From contig JBNZDD010013634.1 in assembly GCA_050575255.1 (NCBI GenBank), forward strand, positions 767,558-831,557: DNA of 64,000 nucleotides, written 5' to 3'. Made by a program: the position numbers and the translations under genes. The notes below the pieces were generated by a model. That model saw only the letters and a list, made by a program, of their open reading frames with translations, had not been told where the DNA came from and ran no database searches. The first letter of the stretch is position 1; each line of letters opens with the position of its first letter. This DNA comes from Harriotta raleighana. Taxonomy: Eukaryota. Below, piece after piece: positions 25,221 to 39,529 of the stretch.

Positions 25221-27065
25221 TGCATTGCAGGTTATTTCTCTCACCCCCATCCCCCAACTCAATGACACTCTGTCCCATTATTTTCCATTGTTGCAGTGCC
25301 TTCCTGGAGACTCGACAACAATGGGCAGATACTGATTCCCCTTTTCATTACTAAATCGAGATAGAATGCAAGACACAGTTGACTTAATCAGGTTATCAAT
25401 CATTGCAACCAAGCCGCCTGCCATGCTGGAACCAATCTTGTCAATACACATAATTAGGCTTGTTTCAGCAGGCTCCAAACTGTACACAGCTGAGGCAGGC
25501 AACTTGTATCAAATAAACGCTCCCATTTCACATCCAATAATGTGTTCAATTACTGCTGGTTCATTTCATTTTCTTTGACACAGCAGTTACGCCTCATTCA
25601 AGCTGGTATCACAGAATATGAGGAGGTCATTCTGTCCATCAAGTCAGTTCCACTGGTGCAATACACTAGGTTAGATCCGATCAATTTGCATCACGTCCCA
25701 AAGCAATTTGACAGAGTGGCAACAAATTTAGTCACTCAATCCATAACTGTTGTGGGACACTACTGCGCGCAAATGCCTGCCACGTTTTGCCCACAGAATA
25801 TACAGTCAATTTACTTTACAGTATATTCTGTAAAGTGCATTGAAATGGCTCAAAGACGACATAAGGCACATTATCAGATGTAAGGATTATTATTATTATA
25901 AACCAGTCTCAAGGGTAAGACATGGACTTGGATTCCAAATCAGCTATAGAGGAGGAAGCAGAGGATTCTGTACTGATACGCCCAGAGGTAACCGAGTTGA
26001 TCAAGAAATATTCATCCATCCCCACTGCACAACTCTGATCCATTTCCCATGCACAGGCAGCAGTCAGATATAACCACCGTTATTATTCCTAAGCAGACAC
26101 TCATTCTGTTATTTTTGACAGAAACAATAATGGTGACATTTACTACTGTTGTTGTCAAATCTGTCCCACACAGTCACAACAACTAATGTCAAGGAAAACA
26201 TTCCTTCCAGTCACCAGTCTCACTTGAACCTATGCTCGCTTAAACCTATGCTCCAGTGCTGTGTCCAAAATGTACAATCAATTAATCTCCTATAAGGATT
26301 GTCAAGAAACAATTGGGTGTCCCTGGTCTGACCCATCTGTGAGGATACAGTCTTGTGAAGGCAGGCAGATCTGCAGGAAAAAATATATAGTAATAATAAT
26401 TCTTGCATTGGATACTGTACCTCTCACGTCAGAAGGATGCTTCAAAGCACTTCACAGTGAAATCATTTTTATTTCAATGACAAGGATTAATTCAAGTATG
26501 TAATAGTAATATCGGCCCTCGTCAATACAGTGGAACTTGGGCTATCTGTAATTTAAACGTGTTGCCTCTTCTTGGGACAACATTGATCACCAACGTTATT
26601 TCTGGAAATGGATGGCGAAGCACAATATTTTGAGCACAATAAAAACACAATAAATCCAGTTAAAAGGAATAAAATACACAAACACAGCTCCGGAAAGCTG
26701 AACAAAAGACACCATGGATTAAAAGGGCTTTTCGCGCTCTCCAAATCTAGGAAATAAGTAGCTACTTTTTTGAGATGAGACCAGGAAAAATGTAAGTGCT
26801 GGAAGATTAAATTTTTGGATTCAAACCAATATCCTTCAGGCTTGATAATGCCCAGATGAGACATCTTGACTTCATCTTTGTGGTCATATTTGTTCAAGTA
26901 GATCTGGTCAAATATGGGTCACAGTCCCTGGATTCCTCTGTCACTAGAAAGTCGAAAGTAGAAATCACTTTTGATAGATTGCCACGGGGCACATTTTATG
27001 GTCTTTTGATAGTAATAAAGTGATCAGATCTTTTCCAGGCAATATCTTATCAAATGAGGTAGAAA

Positions 27066-27287
27066 AGTCTCTGAATTTACAACGCTGTAGTTGGCAGAGA
27101 AATGTGAAGATGAAAATGCATCAGTCTTGCAGATTGGTTGCAGCAATACATTGACTAACTGCAGCAGGTTGGACTAGCCGNAGTCTCTGAATTTACAACG
27201 CTGTAGTTGGCAGAGAAATGTGAAGATGAAAATGCATCAGTCTTGCAGATTGGTTGCAGCAATACATTGACTAACTGCAGCAGGTTG
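27066..27287. repeat. 106-bp duplication around N at 27181 (probable assembly overlap)
   Basis: 27066-27171 is repeated at 27182-27287, with 9 unmatched bases before the N. Confidence 0.9.
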
Positions 27288-29799
27288 TCAACAAGACTAT
27301 AATAATAGTAATAATTATCAGTAGTTGATACATTTAAGAGGGAATTCAATGTATACACAAGAAAGAGGGTTATGGGAGAAGGGATTAGGAGGGGCGGAGG
27401 CTAGGTGTGGAATATATGCACTGGAATACACTAGCTGGACGAAGTGTCCTGTTTTAGTTCTATAAAGTTCTATGTACAGTAATTCTATGTAACATTAAAA
27501 ATGAATGGCTGTTTGCCACCAGTTAGCTAGCTCTGCTGTTGCACTTGGTTGTTTGTGGGTGAAGTAGTCCAGAGCCCCCAGTGAGAGGGATTCGGAGCAG
27601 CGGTGATAGTGATAGTTACCAGTTATATAAAAGGGCTTCACAGCCAGAAGAAGGGTGAAATTTGCATCACACCTGGACTGGAATCCGATCTCAAAACACC
27701 AGCCAGGCTCTGATGTATTGGATTACTTGTTACAATTTGACTAGTGACCAATTTCAGCTTTTCTCTAACCTCTACTTACATCATTTTAAATCTGTAGCCC
27801 CTCATTACTGAACTGCCAATCAGTGGAAATAACCTATTGATATTTATCCCTGGCATAAATCCTTCATTTATCTCGAAGCTCTCTTATCAGTTCATCCCTC
27901 AATCTTCACAGCTCCAGTTAAAAAAAGCTATGAAATCCCTCAGCTATCTTACCTTACTCATAGTGCATGACTTATGATTGAAGGTAATGAGGGAGGAATG
28001 CACATTGTAGAGAATAGGAGAGAAAAAAAATGGTATCCTTATTCACCTATAACCATTGAAACATCTTAGAGTACTGCTTTACAATAATGACTGTCACTTT
28101 GTATTTGCTGGCAAATGCATTATACATTATGATAGAACATAACTGAATGGTAATTTCTCTGGACAGTTGTTAGCCAGGACATTAGGAAAAGTTCCCTTGT
28201 CTTTTTGAAGACTGCCATGGGGTGTCCTCAATAAATGAGGACACCAACGAGCTCAATAAATGAGGTTTATTGCCTCATCCCATGGGCTACTGGGAGGGGA
28301 TAACACCACTGGAAATCTCCTCCCAGTATAATAATAATAATAATAATAATCATACAATAAATACTGGGCGCACATCTCAAAACACTACACAGGATTTTAT
28401 TGTGAAGTGTAGTGACTGTGTAATTGCCAACTATTATTATTATTATTACTTCACCCCTTTCCACCACTCTGGGGTTTGTCCCAGCACTCACTAAATATCA
28501 CTGCATTTTCCAATATATTCCTTGAAGCGCTTTGAGACGTCTCATAGAAGTGACAAAGTGCGATATCAAATGCAAGGTTTATTATTGTTGTTATTTCTAG
28601 GCAAAAGTGGCAGCCAATTTATACACAGCACTGTCGCAAACAAACGTAAAATGAGGGGTGAATTTTACATGTGGATTTGTTGGCAAGGACATTGGAAGAA
28701 ACTGCCATTCTTATTTCTCAAGACCCTCCTCTTTGACAGTCCCATCGGTCACCCCAAATCCCCTTTTGCCTTCGCGGTCCCTGACCCCAGCTCGTGTCTG
28801 AAACAATGACTATCCAGCATCTTGGGACATCCTCCTGACGCGAAAGGGTGCTATGCAAATGTAAAGTTGTTGTTGTTGCTGTTGTTAATCTCCTGGAGCA
28901 TCAGTTTAATCTATGTGGTCAACTAGCAACAATATGTGAACCCACACCTTGTGGCGAGGGATCACACATGCTCACGTGCTGTCCTGGAATGGAAAGATCA
29001 GGTGGAATTGTTCGTATTGCACAATCGGTAACGTGACACGATATCACCATTTAATCTGTGCCTCGGGAATTAAAATTAAAACACTTTAATCAGTCTGTTT
29101 CATGTAATACACTGATCCAGGAGCCAAACGTTGCAATCGAAATGACAGTAAAATACCAACGCATTTTTCACCTTTCTTCCCTCGTTCAGTTTTGTAAACC
29201 TGTCTAAACCTCATTACCTGTCCTCTCAGTAAAACAAAACCCCCCACAGGCAGCCTTGCAAAAAGGCTGATTTTTCACACACTGTGTCTAACTCCACGAG
29301 CACAACTCCAATATTTATTTCCAGTGCTGTCTGAGCTCTCGCTACACTGCACACCACACAGCCTAGCAGACCATAGAGTAATACCATTTGCAGGTGGTAA
29401 TTTTTCAGTCTCTCTTTCCAGCTACATGGACAGATCCGCTCGCTACCCCATGCGCGGGACTCGGCCAAGCAGACAGTAATAAAATAAGAGTTTTTTTTTT
29501 ACACAAATCTTGTCAAGTCCACAAATTTTCATAGCTTTGTTCCCAAGATACAGATGGACGATGCATGATTTCTTGCACCCGCTAAACCGGATGGGTCACA
29601 TTAACTACAAGACAACCTGTGAGTAGCCAGAGCTTGCGATTATAAATGCTGAGGTCTCTGTTTTGACAGGCTATAATCGAACAGTGCAAATGCATAGTCG
29701 TCACATAGATGCAGTTATGCACTTCGAACCATTCATTACCAATCAGTCAGTAATGGAATATAGGTTTCTTATCCACCCTGCAATCTAACCAGCAGCATA

Positions 29800-30070
29800 A
29801 ACAGATCTAACGAGAGTTTAGGAGGAATGTCTTCACACACATGGTGGTGCGAATGCGGGGGCTCAATGCCATAAGCTGCGAAGCAGAAAAACATCAATGC
29901 ATTTAAAAGGAAATTTGAGTCATATACAGTTCAAGAGAGAAGGGTGGAGGCGAGGGATGGCTAGGGGGATTAAATTGGGTGGAGGCTCATGTGATGTATA
30001 AACAACAGCATGGATTAGTTGAGTTAAATAGAATCTCTCAGTACATTAAATTCTATGTAATTCTGTGTAT
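29800..30070 (+). mobile_element. CR1 3' remnant
   Basis: ttaggaggaatgtcttcacacacatggtggtgcgaatg ... attctatgtaattctgtgta tail. Confidence 0.65.
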
Positions 30071-30691
30071 ATTTGAATACAAGGATTAAATAAGATTTAG
30101 TGCAATTATCAATAAAATTGTCTTCAGTTACTAATGCACTTTATCCATTTATCTGCTGAGAGCAACCCTGGTATCTGTTGTTGCTTACATATCTATCTCT
30201 CACTCGGCAACATCCATGGATGCCTCCCTCCTCCCCTTTTCTCTCGCCCAGCATCCAATAGTGCTACTGCGGAGTGCTCTGCGAAGTTATTCTACACAAA
30301 GTATGCTCCACAAATGCAAGTTGTTGTTGAATATGTTGTTGTAATTGATCAAAACTATCTCCAAGAGCTTCACACGTAAATGTCTGAGGTAGGTGGGATG
30401 CATTCCTGAATTTGTGACCGCTACAAAATGCAATGTGACACATTTTAGTTACACCAATGTACCTGGCTCATCAGTAAGGCAGCGGCTGTGGTACAGCAGG
30501 TGCAGGTACCCATCAACCAGCGAATAGAGTGGGACTAATAGATATGATTATATGTAGTCAAGAATAATATTAGCCATCCTTGATACAGTGGCTTTATCAT
30601 ATTATCGAAAGATCTCAAAGCGCTTCATTTTATTTTACCATACTGTGTTTTGCAGCCAAACGCGGCCATTTACATACAAACAGACACAATG

Positions 30692-30995
30692 ATAATAATA
30701 ATCCTTGCATTTGATATAGTGCTTTTCACATCTTATAGATGTCTCAAAGCGCTTCACAGAATATACTATAAAATGAATTGACTGTATATATGTGTGCAAA
30801 CATGGCAGCCAATTGCCCACAGCAGTATCCCACAAACAGTAGTGGATTGAAATGAACAATTTTTTTTGTGGGATTACTGTATTATTAGACATGTGGAGTA
30901 AGGAAACTTGCCCAAGGTTTCGCCCTGCCTGGAATTGAACCCAAGTCTCTCACTTGTGAGTCGAGTGCTTTAACCACTGAGCTACAGGACTCCAC
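30692..30995 (-). mobile_element. Full-length young tRNA-derived SINE nested among older SINE remnants
   Basis: Head gtggagtcctgtagctcagtggttaaagcactcg, core, stem-loop tail and (ATT)n. Confidence 0.88.
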
Positions 30996-31699
30996 GACTT
31001 CACAAATGAAAAGACCAGTATTATCTGGGTATTGTTGGCAGGGATACCCAGGAGAAATCCCTTTCTCCTTTCGATAAATATAAAATCAATAATCCCTGAA
31101 TTTGATAAACATAATTGAAATGTTTCAAAATTCTTCACTGGGTTTTACTGCAAGTGTAGTGACTGTGTATTTGCTGGCAACGTAGCCCATGGAAATTGAA
31201 ATTGAAGAACTGAACTCCATTACAGATTCCAGGAAATAATTTTGAAAAATGTCCCCGTACTTATTATTTTGCCACATAAAAAACTGCTGCAGTTGCATTG
31301 TGCTCGTTGAATTTTAATGTTACTCAGTAAAGTGGAAGCCACCGTCAGAACCTGGAGTCCGTAGGGTTTTAATGAGCTTCAGGAAAAGAATCGAAAGATA
31401 AAAGTCAAACCAGCTAAAAAAAAACAGGATCAAGTTACAAAGAAATCAAACAGCTTCCCCAATCACTCTCCCTCACTCGCTACCCCCGACTCCACCCCAA
31501 CATCAAAGAACCCCAAACTAACTGGAAGAAAAAGTCAAAACTTAGACCCAGCCCAAGGGTATAAAAGGTGTACTTCAAATGAAAACAGTTTGACTGCTTA
31601 GATAAAAAGAGAGAAGATTATTCAATGTGGTTCAGTAATTTTCCAGGATGAATAATCCACGCTCATAAAAGTCAACCTTGTGCAAGTCTGAATTAACAG

Positions 31700-31995
31700 T
31701 TGGCGCTGTGTTGTCAGAGGCGGGGTTCTTCGGATGAAATGTTAAACCGAGTCCCATCTGCCTGTTCAGGTGGATGTTAAGGATCCGGAGGCACCGTTCA
31801 AAAAGAGAAGGGAGTTTCTTGCCCCTGACAATTCCCCAGTGAAACTGGTCATTCACTTCACCTCACAGGTGTTTGTGGGAAAGGGCGCTGCGTAATGTTC
31901 GGCCACAAGCACACAGTCACTCCACTTTATGGTTCACCCTGTGAAATGCTTTGAAATATCCTCCCAAAAGGTGCTATGCGAGGATTATTAGTATT
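31700..31995 (+). mobile_element. Deu-domain SINE
   Basis: ttcggatgaaatgttaaaccgagtcccatctgcctgttcaggtggatgttaaggatcc is a clear Deu-domain signature. Confidence 0.8.
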
Positions 31996-32361
31996 GTTTG
32001 AAATTGTAATTGTGATGTGTTCCATCAAGCTTTCAGAGGCAGTTTACAGACCTTTCCTGGATCATAAAGCAGTAATTGATAGGGTACACGTTCTACACCA
32101 ATAAAATAATGTATTTGCGTCATAAATATTTGCTGGAGACAAAGCCTAGAGAGCTGCAAAGTTTCCAACTTTTTGACAGTGAGAATAAAGCAACTCAGAG
32201 ACGCCAGGATAGGGCAAGGCATGGGTGGGGGTGGGGGTTGGGAGGCGACACATGGACATTCTTTTGTCAACAATCTATCTGACTGAATGAGGGATAGCTT
32301 AGAAATTTTGAGGTTTAGCTCCTTCCAAACAGGTCTCCATTTGCCATTTTTTAGCCTATCA

Positions 32362-32570
32362 CAACAACAATACATTACATCTCTAGCACCTTTCATATTG
32401 GGAGGATGTTCCAAGGCATTGGACAATTAGCTGGGGGTTGGGATCAAGAGAGGTGGAGGGCAAGAAGGATAGCTTCACATCAAGAAGGTTCAGCCAGTAG
32501 ACAGTGTTTTGAAAAAAAAGTTCTATTCCATCTTGAATCAAATCATTGGTTACTTTTCCCCTTTGGAAAC
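32362..32570 (-). mobile_element. L2 3' end remnant
   Basis: (CAA)n, then tagcacctttcatattgggaggatgttccaaggc (reverse tail). Confidence 0.65.
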
Positions 32571-32804
32571 ACAATTCGACGAGGCTGTGAAAGCACAAGA
32601 CTGAAGGGAAATGCCCAAAGATGGGGATAAGGCTCTATGCCACCTACAGAAAGATGGAATGGAAGTCTCTAAGTTGTCAGTACAAAGGGTTTTGAATGTA
32701 AATCTGTCAATTGGACTCACGAGAAAGAGTTTTGACAAAGCACCAAAGTTGCTGTACAGCATTGAGTTTGAGTGGTGAAAATAATTATTAAACAATTCAT
32801 GTAT

Positions 32805-33495
32805 ATGTTTGATACACTGCTGGTGACATCAAAATGTCTCGGAAAACTTCACAAGTAAGTGTTAGAGACTGTTTATTTTGTACGCAAACGCGACTGACAA
32901 TTTGTGCACAGCAGGTCCCACAAACAGCCATGAACATAGCAATTTATCTGGGGCATTGTTGACCAGGACACCAGAAGAAATTCCCTTCTCTTTTCAAATA
33001 GTACCACCGGATCTTTAAATTCCACCCAAATCATCTCAAGGGGCTTTAGTTTTACATCTCCTAGTAAGGACAACACCTCCAAAAATACACCACTTCCCCT
33101 AGCACTGCAATTAGAGTGTCAGCCTACACTGTGACCTCAAGAGTCCTAATACTGTATATACAAGCATGAGATCTGTATATATAAGCATTCAAATCCGGGC
33201 AGGTCAGGGCAAAACCTTGGGCAAGTTTCCTTACTCCACACACCTAATAATAATTCCTCAAAAAAAACACAAGAATAAAATTCATTTCAATCCACAACTG
33301 TTTGTGAGTCACTGCTGTGCACAATTGGCTGCTGCGTTTCGCCCACAAATATACAGTCAATTCACTTTACAGTATATTCTGTGAAGCGCTTTGAGACGTC
33401 TAGAAGACGTGAAAAGCGCTGTATCAAATTGCAAGGATTATTATTATTACATAGGCTTGAACTCTATGGAGGTAAGAGAGCTAACAACTGAGCCA
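32805..33495. mobile_element. Old minus-strand Deu SINE (32805-33140 and 33450-33495) interrupted by a young plus-strand SINE (about 33160-33449)
   Basis: The head of the old element (gctaacaactgagcca) resumes after the (ATT)n tail of the inserted copy. Confidence 0.8.
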
Positions 33496-34789
33496 GGTTA
33501 TTTACCAGCCATAGAATAAATTACAATTAATACTCCTTCATGGCGCTTTTCTTTCTATAAATCTTACAACTCTCTGAAGTAGACTTCATGTAAACAATAT
33601 GTTATATAACAAAATATTTTTTAAAAGGGACAATATTGATCAGACAAGTCAATGTTTTGGCAACTTGAATATATATTTTCATATGCCAACCCAGATTCCT
33701 GGCCGATTAGCCTCATCCATCTCCGTTTTCAAAGCCCACTTCAAGATTTGCCTCTTTGACCGCACTTTCAGTTATCTTTATGCTTCCCTCCACCATCCCC
33801 ACCCCCCAGTACCTTCCCCTCAGCTTGGCTGCTGAGGCAGCAGTGCAAAACTATTTTGATACATCCTCCCAAAGAGAAAGACAAAATAAATATAAATTGT
33901 AGTGTATTTCAAACCATTGTTTAGCAATTAACCGCCCATTGTACAATGACTTAGTAAGGCAGTAAATACCAACGTTTTCAGCAACGATATTTTACTGCAA
34001 TAATGGAAATGTACATTTTGATGTAAGACTTAGTCATGGAGCTAAATGTTTTGTGACCAGAGTTAAAGCAATCATTAATCTTAGTGATTGCCACAGCCCA
34101 TCAGGTTTAATGTAAATCCTCGCTTTGGGACTTTGTCATACAGTTGCCAAGTACTGTACTTCCAAAGAAATATCAAATTAGGCCCCTCAAAGTACAATAG
34201 GACAGAGAGATAACCAGCCAATTAGTCACACTATACACTTGCAAATTTGTTTCCTTATTATTATTATTGGTAGAGTCCCTTATCACATTGTTGAGATGTT
34301 TCAAAGCGCTTCACGGAATATAAAGTACTATAAAGTAAATTGACTATATATTTTGTGGGCGAAATGCTACAGCCAATTGCGCACAGTGGTGTCCCACAAA
34401 CAATCGCGGATTGAGTGAAAGTGATTTTGATTGACTGATATGAAAGAATTTCTTTAGCTCAGTTGGTATGATTCTTGGCTCTGAGTCAAAAGCTTATTGG
34501 TTCATAGTGGACATGTGGACAAAATAGTGCAGTAAAATCTTTTGAGTTGCCTTGCTATTTTACAACTTTCTTGCACTTTCAGTTGTAGATCTTTCAACTG
34601 AGGAAATAACTAAAACTGACCATCATCAGCAATGATGTTAAAATAATGTAACCATAAATATGTTGTATATGCTGTAAAAAGTGGTGTATTTTATTTGGCT
34701 CGATAATCGAGGTTTTGTTATAAATTATGAACCAACACATCTTTTGTTTAAAGGGATTATTGCAGAAAGTTGCCCTTTCTTAGATAAGA

Positions 34790-35040
34790 ACATACAAAAC
34801 GCTAGGCGAAAAAAGGATTACTTTCTATCTAGTTCGCCTTCCACCTTCCTGGTGGTCGCATGCACATAAGTCCCAAACTATCTATGTACCATATTCCATA
34901 ATGTTATTTCCTAATAGAAAACTATCTTATCTGTATTTGAAAGAATCAACACTTCCTGCTTCGACCGTCTCCCTGGGGAGCTTGCTCTACATGTTTACTA
35001 CTTGCTCACTGAAATAGTTTTTCCGTAGATTCATTCTGAA
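34790..35040 (-). mobile_element. Old CR1 3' remnant
   Basis: cttcgaccgtctccctggggagcttgctctacatgtttactact is in reverse CR1 orientation. Confidence 0.5.
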
Positions 35041-38000
35041 TCAATCAATCAATCAATCCACCTTCAATAGCAGGCCATGTATTCTGGATGTTTTGAGTTC
35101 TCTCAGCGATGTAGGCAGAGTGAAGATCCATTCCTTGTCCCCACTGGAAATCATTGAGCAACAGTGAGATGCTAACAATTGCAAAAATGCTTATTAATAA
35201 GTACTGATATGAGCCAAACGAAAGCCATTTGTGAACCAGGAACTGAATGATTTCAGAAATCAATATTGTCAAATTGATATTCTCTGTTAATCAAAGTAGA
35301 GGCATGGGGGAGAAAGAGCTGAGTCTACGCTGTTGGAAAGACAAAATGTTCACTGCAAATGGGTACTCATTGATTTAATTTGCTAAAAGATCTTTTCAAT
35401 GGGAACACTTTTCTCTTTGTTTTGTCCAAACTTAACAAAAATATTAACATGCTCCCTAGTTCTGGGATGCTCCAAAAAGATCATAGAGTTACATAGCATG
35501 GTACAGAGATAGAGATTTAAACAGGCAATTCAGACCGGTCAGTGCTGATGTATATACTCCTACCTCTCCTATTTCCCTCCTCCCCTTGCATGTGAATCAA
35601 GTTTTTTCTTGAACGAATCATGCAGATAACAATCGATTGCGTAAATGTTCCGAACACAAGCAATCAACAACTTGCAGCAAACATGGAGTGGGGAGAAGGA
35701 AAGTTGAATAAAGGATTTTGTCCCATTGCAGGCATATATATTGCAAAGTTTTGTGGTGGTATCTGTGAACACTGGATCACCTTAAATGTGGAAATATGCA
35801 TTTTTGCTCTACCTGTATTTGACATCTCCAGTCTGGTAGACTCATGAGAGTTTTATTTATTTTACAAAGAACTGGCAGAAACCCACGGACATACAGTGCT
35901 GGTATCCCTTGTTACAAATTACCAGTTCTTTCCAATAACAGATGAGAAGAGAAGAGAGAGGAGGGAAAAAGAGAGAGAAGGAATACTTAATTTCCAAACC
36001 AAACTTGGCATCCTTTGGACACTTTACTTAGCGAACTGAATGGAAGATCTGGAGAAACTCACACAAAGTTCTTTGGGCAAGAATAAAAAGACACCCTCAG
36101 CTCAAAAGATGCTGATGAGGTCCATTACTTTCCAGCTGGACAAGGATCAAGCACGGAGCCGTCAAAGCATTATAATGAAGTGTTCAGTCACAGATTCCAC
36201 TTTAAACAAAAAAGAACTGCGGGAGAATTGGCAATATCCTCGCGATGATTTCCACTGTACGCTCTATCAAAAATATTCCCTTTATGTTAAGTAGGACTGG
36301 GACAAAGACTCTTTATCAACCTTTGAATTTTCTCAGTGTTGCTTTCCTACAGTAGAGCGCACCGCATTCATTGCCAATTTGATGCATGCTGTTCCATCCA
36401 CTTAAAACGTCCTGTGCTTTGGCATCCAGGTATCTGATGAACAATGTGCTTAGATGACTGTGGGATCAGTAGCAATCTTTCTATTTGAATAAGAACGAAG
36501 GCATCGACCTCTGGAAGCATAAACACAGAGGACTAAAGGTTACAAAATGTCACTGTCCTTCAAAACTAATATCATTGCAAAACAATTTACTGTAACCAAA
36601 TGTAATGTGAAATCTTCCAGAGTACATTTGACCTCTAGATTATACAGTATTTTGTTGTTGAGAATTTAAGTGATCAAATCCATGTTTCGAAGGGCAATGG
36701 GGATTGTAGAAGGATGGAAAGATTTGAGGGAATTAAGGAGTGATGTGAGAGCATGAGAGGAGACTAGTTGATATGACAGATTAAGAGGAGACAAGGTGAT
36801 CGTGAATAAACCCTTGTTGGAAGACCATAAAAGGATACCTTTATCTGGTAGATCCTGTCAAGGGTTTCAAAGATGCCCAATGCAACAAAAATAATTAATG
36901 GACCATTAGGAGTTGACTTCCAAGGGGTGAATTAGGAATCAAGAAATCCAATCTTACTCTTATGGACAGTCTTAGCATAGATACTTTGCAGGGAGATTTG
37001 TGAAGAGATTTTAACAAAACCTGGGAGTTTTGGATTGACTTTCGAAACTCACAGTAATGGTAATATTTCATTTTACACAGTAAAGTTATCCCAACAGTGT
37101 AAGCTCTGGCATTTTGCTCTATGCAGCACGTTTGTGCCTTTGTATTTGTATGTATTATAGCCACCATGCAGAAGAAACAAATTCTCCTGAATGAAACAAA
37201 GCTCCCCTCTATCAGTTATATTTTTGCTTTAATTCAGACCGTTCATCCCTCACAAACTCTTTTAGCTAATTTTGGCATCAGTTTCTTGCACACCGTGTCC
37301 AAGCAATGACTGGCAATGGTGCAAGTGCCCAGAGAGGCAACAGGGAGTAGAGTAACAAGCCAGGCACCTCACCTCTCCACTGGTAACAGGGAATCGCTTG
37401 TTCTCAAGAAGGTAAATAATATGGCCCAAGAGAACAATTAGCAAACACTGCTAAACACACAGAATTTAAAAGAGAAATAAAACTGCACATTGTGCATATG
37501 GTTTACGTAACTTTTGGAGACAGTTAACTCGGTTATTGTTCCAATCCCTGGAAGTATCGAATGCTGTATAAGAGCCACGCAGTAAAGTTCTTAAGGGACA
37601 CAAGCCTGGCACAGCACGAGCTGGGGAATTGTTGAACATACATGGTTTGAATCATAGAAATGTTCAGCACACCAAAAAACACAAGTAACTTGTCCCTCGG
37701 CTAATTCCAATTTGTAGTATTCAATCTTGTTTTACAGAAATAAAGCAGCAAAGAATCTTATATAAAATAAATGATGCTATTTCCCTCGACCATCTGCAAG
37801 CTCTATTCGTTGTTAATCGATCATAACATAATATTCCTTGTCCAGTATTTGATATAGAGCCTTTTCACATTGATGAGATGTTAAGCAGTGTGAAGTGCGC
37901 TAAATAAATGCAAGTGGTTGTTGTCTCAAAGTGTTTTGCGGAATATACTGCAAAGCGAAGTGACTGGGTATTTTGTAACTGAAGGTGGTAGTAATAATAA

Positions 38001-39211
38001 TGAATTGTGGTGTCAGCCTGGGTCAGTTGACAGCACTCTTTCCTCTGAATCAAAAATATGTGGGTTTGAGCCTCATACCTTCAGTCAGCCTTTAGCAAAA
38101 GCAAGTGAGGAAGAGGCAGGATAGAGAAGAGGTCTGTTCAAAGTGAAGGAGATTGAATGCGGGAGGAATATAAGGCAGAGTGGGACTGGCTGTGGAAGCA
38201 GTTCTGGTGAAGTCTGTGATCCCTGAAGCTTTGACTGCTGCCAGCTTCAATCATTCCTGTGCAGCACTCTGTCTCCTGCCTTCTGATGTCCAGACCACCC
38301 ATGGCCCCTCTAGCCTTCTGTCACTCTTGATCTCTCTTGGTGTCTCTGTAGGCCTTTTGTGTTTATGAGAGTGAGACAAGGAAATTGAAAGTTAGAGGGC
38401 TAAAGAGGAAACGGTTTGGATCGGGCAGTTGGAGGGCAGGAGATGGTTTGGAAGATGGGGGAGGAGCTGGTGGATTGAAAGCTACCATAGAGAAAATGGG
38501 AAAGAATATTAATGTTTTGCCAAAAAAAAGGAATTAAGAGTTTAATGAATTAATGGCCAGGCGAGGGAAAAAAAGACAACAAAGGAAACTGAGGGAGAAC
38601 AAAGGAAAGTAGAAGCTTTGAACCCCCCACAAAAAAACTGCTCGTCAGATTATTACGAGCATATGGATTGTTATATGGGCTGCAGATGTGTTGCAATCTG
38701 TGGTTTATTCTACTGGCGTTGCAGATTCCAAAGAACATCTTACTGGTACAGTTTTGCACTACCAATAACAAATTAAGTACTATCACCAAACACAAGCGTT
38801 TCACAAATAATCTGTTTTGAACCATTGCCGTTGAGATGTTTCAAGGCCCTTCACTGAATTATAAAGTTTGTGGGCAAAACATGGCAGCCAATTGTGCACA
38901 GCAGTGTCCCAGAACAGACATAAATTGGATGACCAAATTTCTTTTTTTTGGAGGAATTATTACCCCTAATTATTAATTTTGTCCAAAAACAACTATTTGC
39001 ACAATTACCAAAACCAGCGGATAGCAACATGGCTGGATTCTGGGCATTAATAGGAAGCTCATGTACAATAGGCAGATGAGGAAAGTCAAACAATAAGGAT
39101 TTCTGAGAGGTTCCTGAGGAGCACAACAAATATATGTTACACTTATATAGCATCTCTCAATTTAAATGCTAGTTACAAAGTTCAGATGCTTTATCCAGGT
39201 GATAGGGATTA

Positions 39212-39529
39212 TGGTAGTTGTAGCTCAGTGGTAGGAGCACTCACTCACCTTACAAGTAAGAGACCTGTGTTCAATTCCAGGCAGGGCAAAGCATTGGCCA
39301 CATTTCCTTACTCCACATGCCTGATAATAATCTCCTCCCAAAAAAAAAAAAAAAATTGGTCACTTCAATGCACGACTGTTTGTGGGACACTGCTGTGCGC
39401 AATTGGCTGCTCCGTTTCACTCACATATACACAGCCAAGTCACTTTACAGTACAGTATATTCTGTAAAGTGCTTTGAGATTCTTAGAAGATGTGAACAGT
39501 GCTACATCAAATGCAAGAATATTATTATT
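39212..39529 (+). mobile_element. Full-length young tRNA-derived SINE
   Basis: tgtagctcagtggtaggagcactc head, gttcaattcc B box, core and tail. Confidence 0.88.

Noticed and set aside
27066-27287. 106-bp tandem repeat as a biological duplication
   Set aside because: Centred on a single N with 9 unmatched bases; best explained as an unmerged contig overlap.
36040-36294. 84-aa ATG ORF on plus strand (similarly 14038-14469 and 26553-26897)
   Set aside because: No recognisable homology or exon structure; consistent with chance ORFs in intronic DNA.
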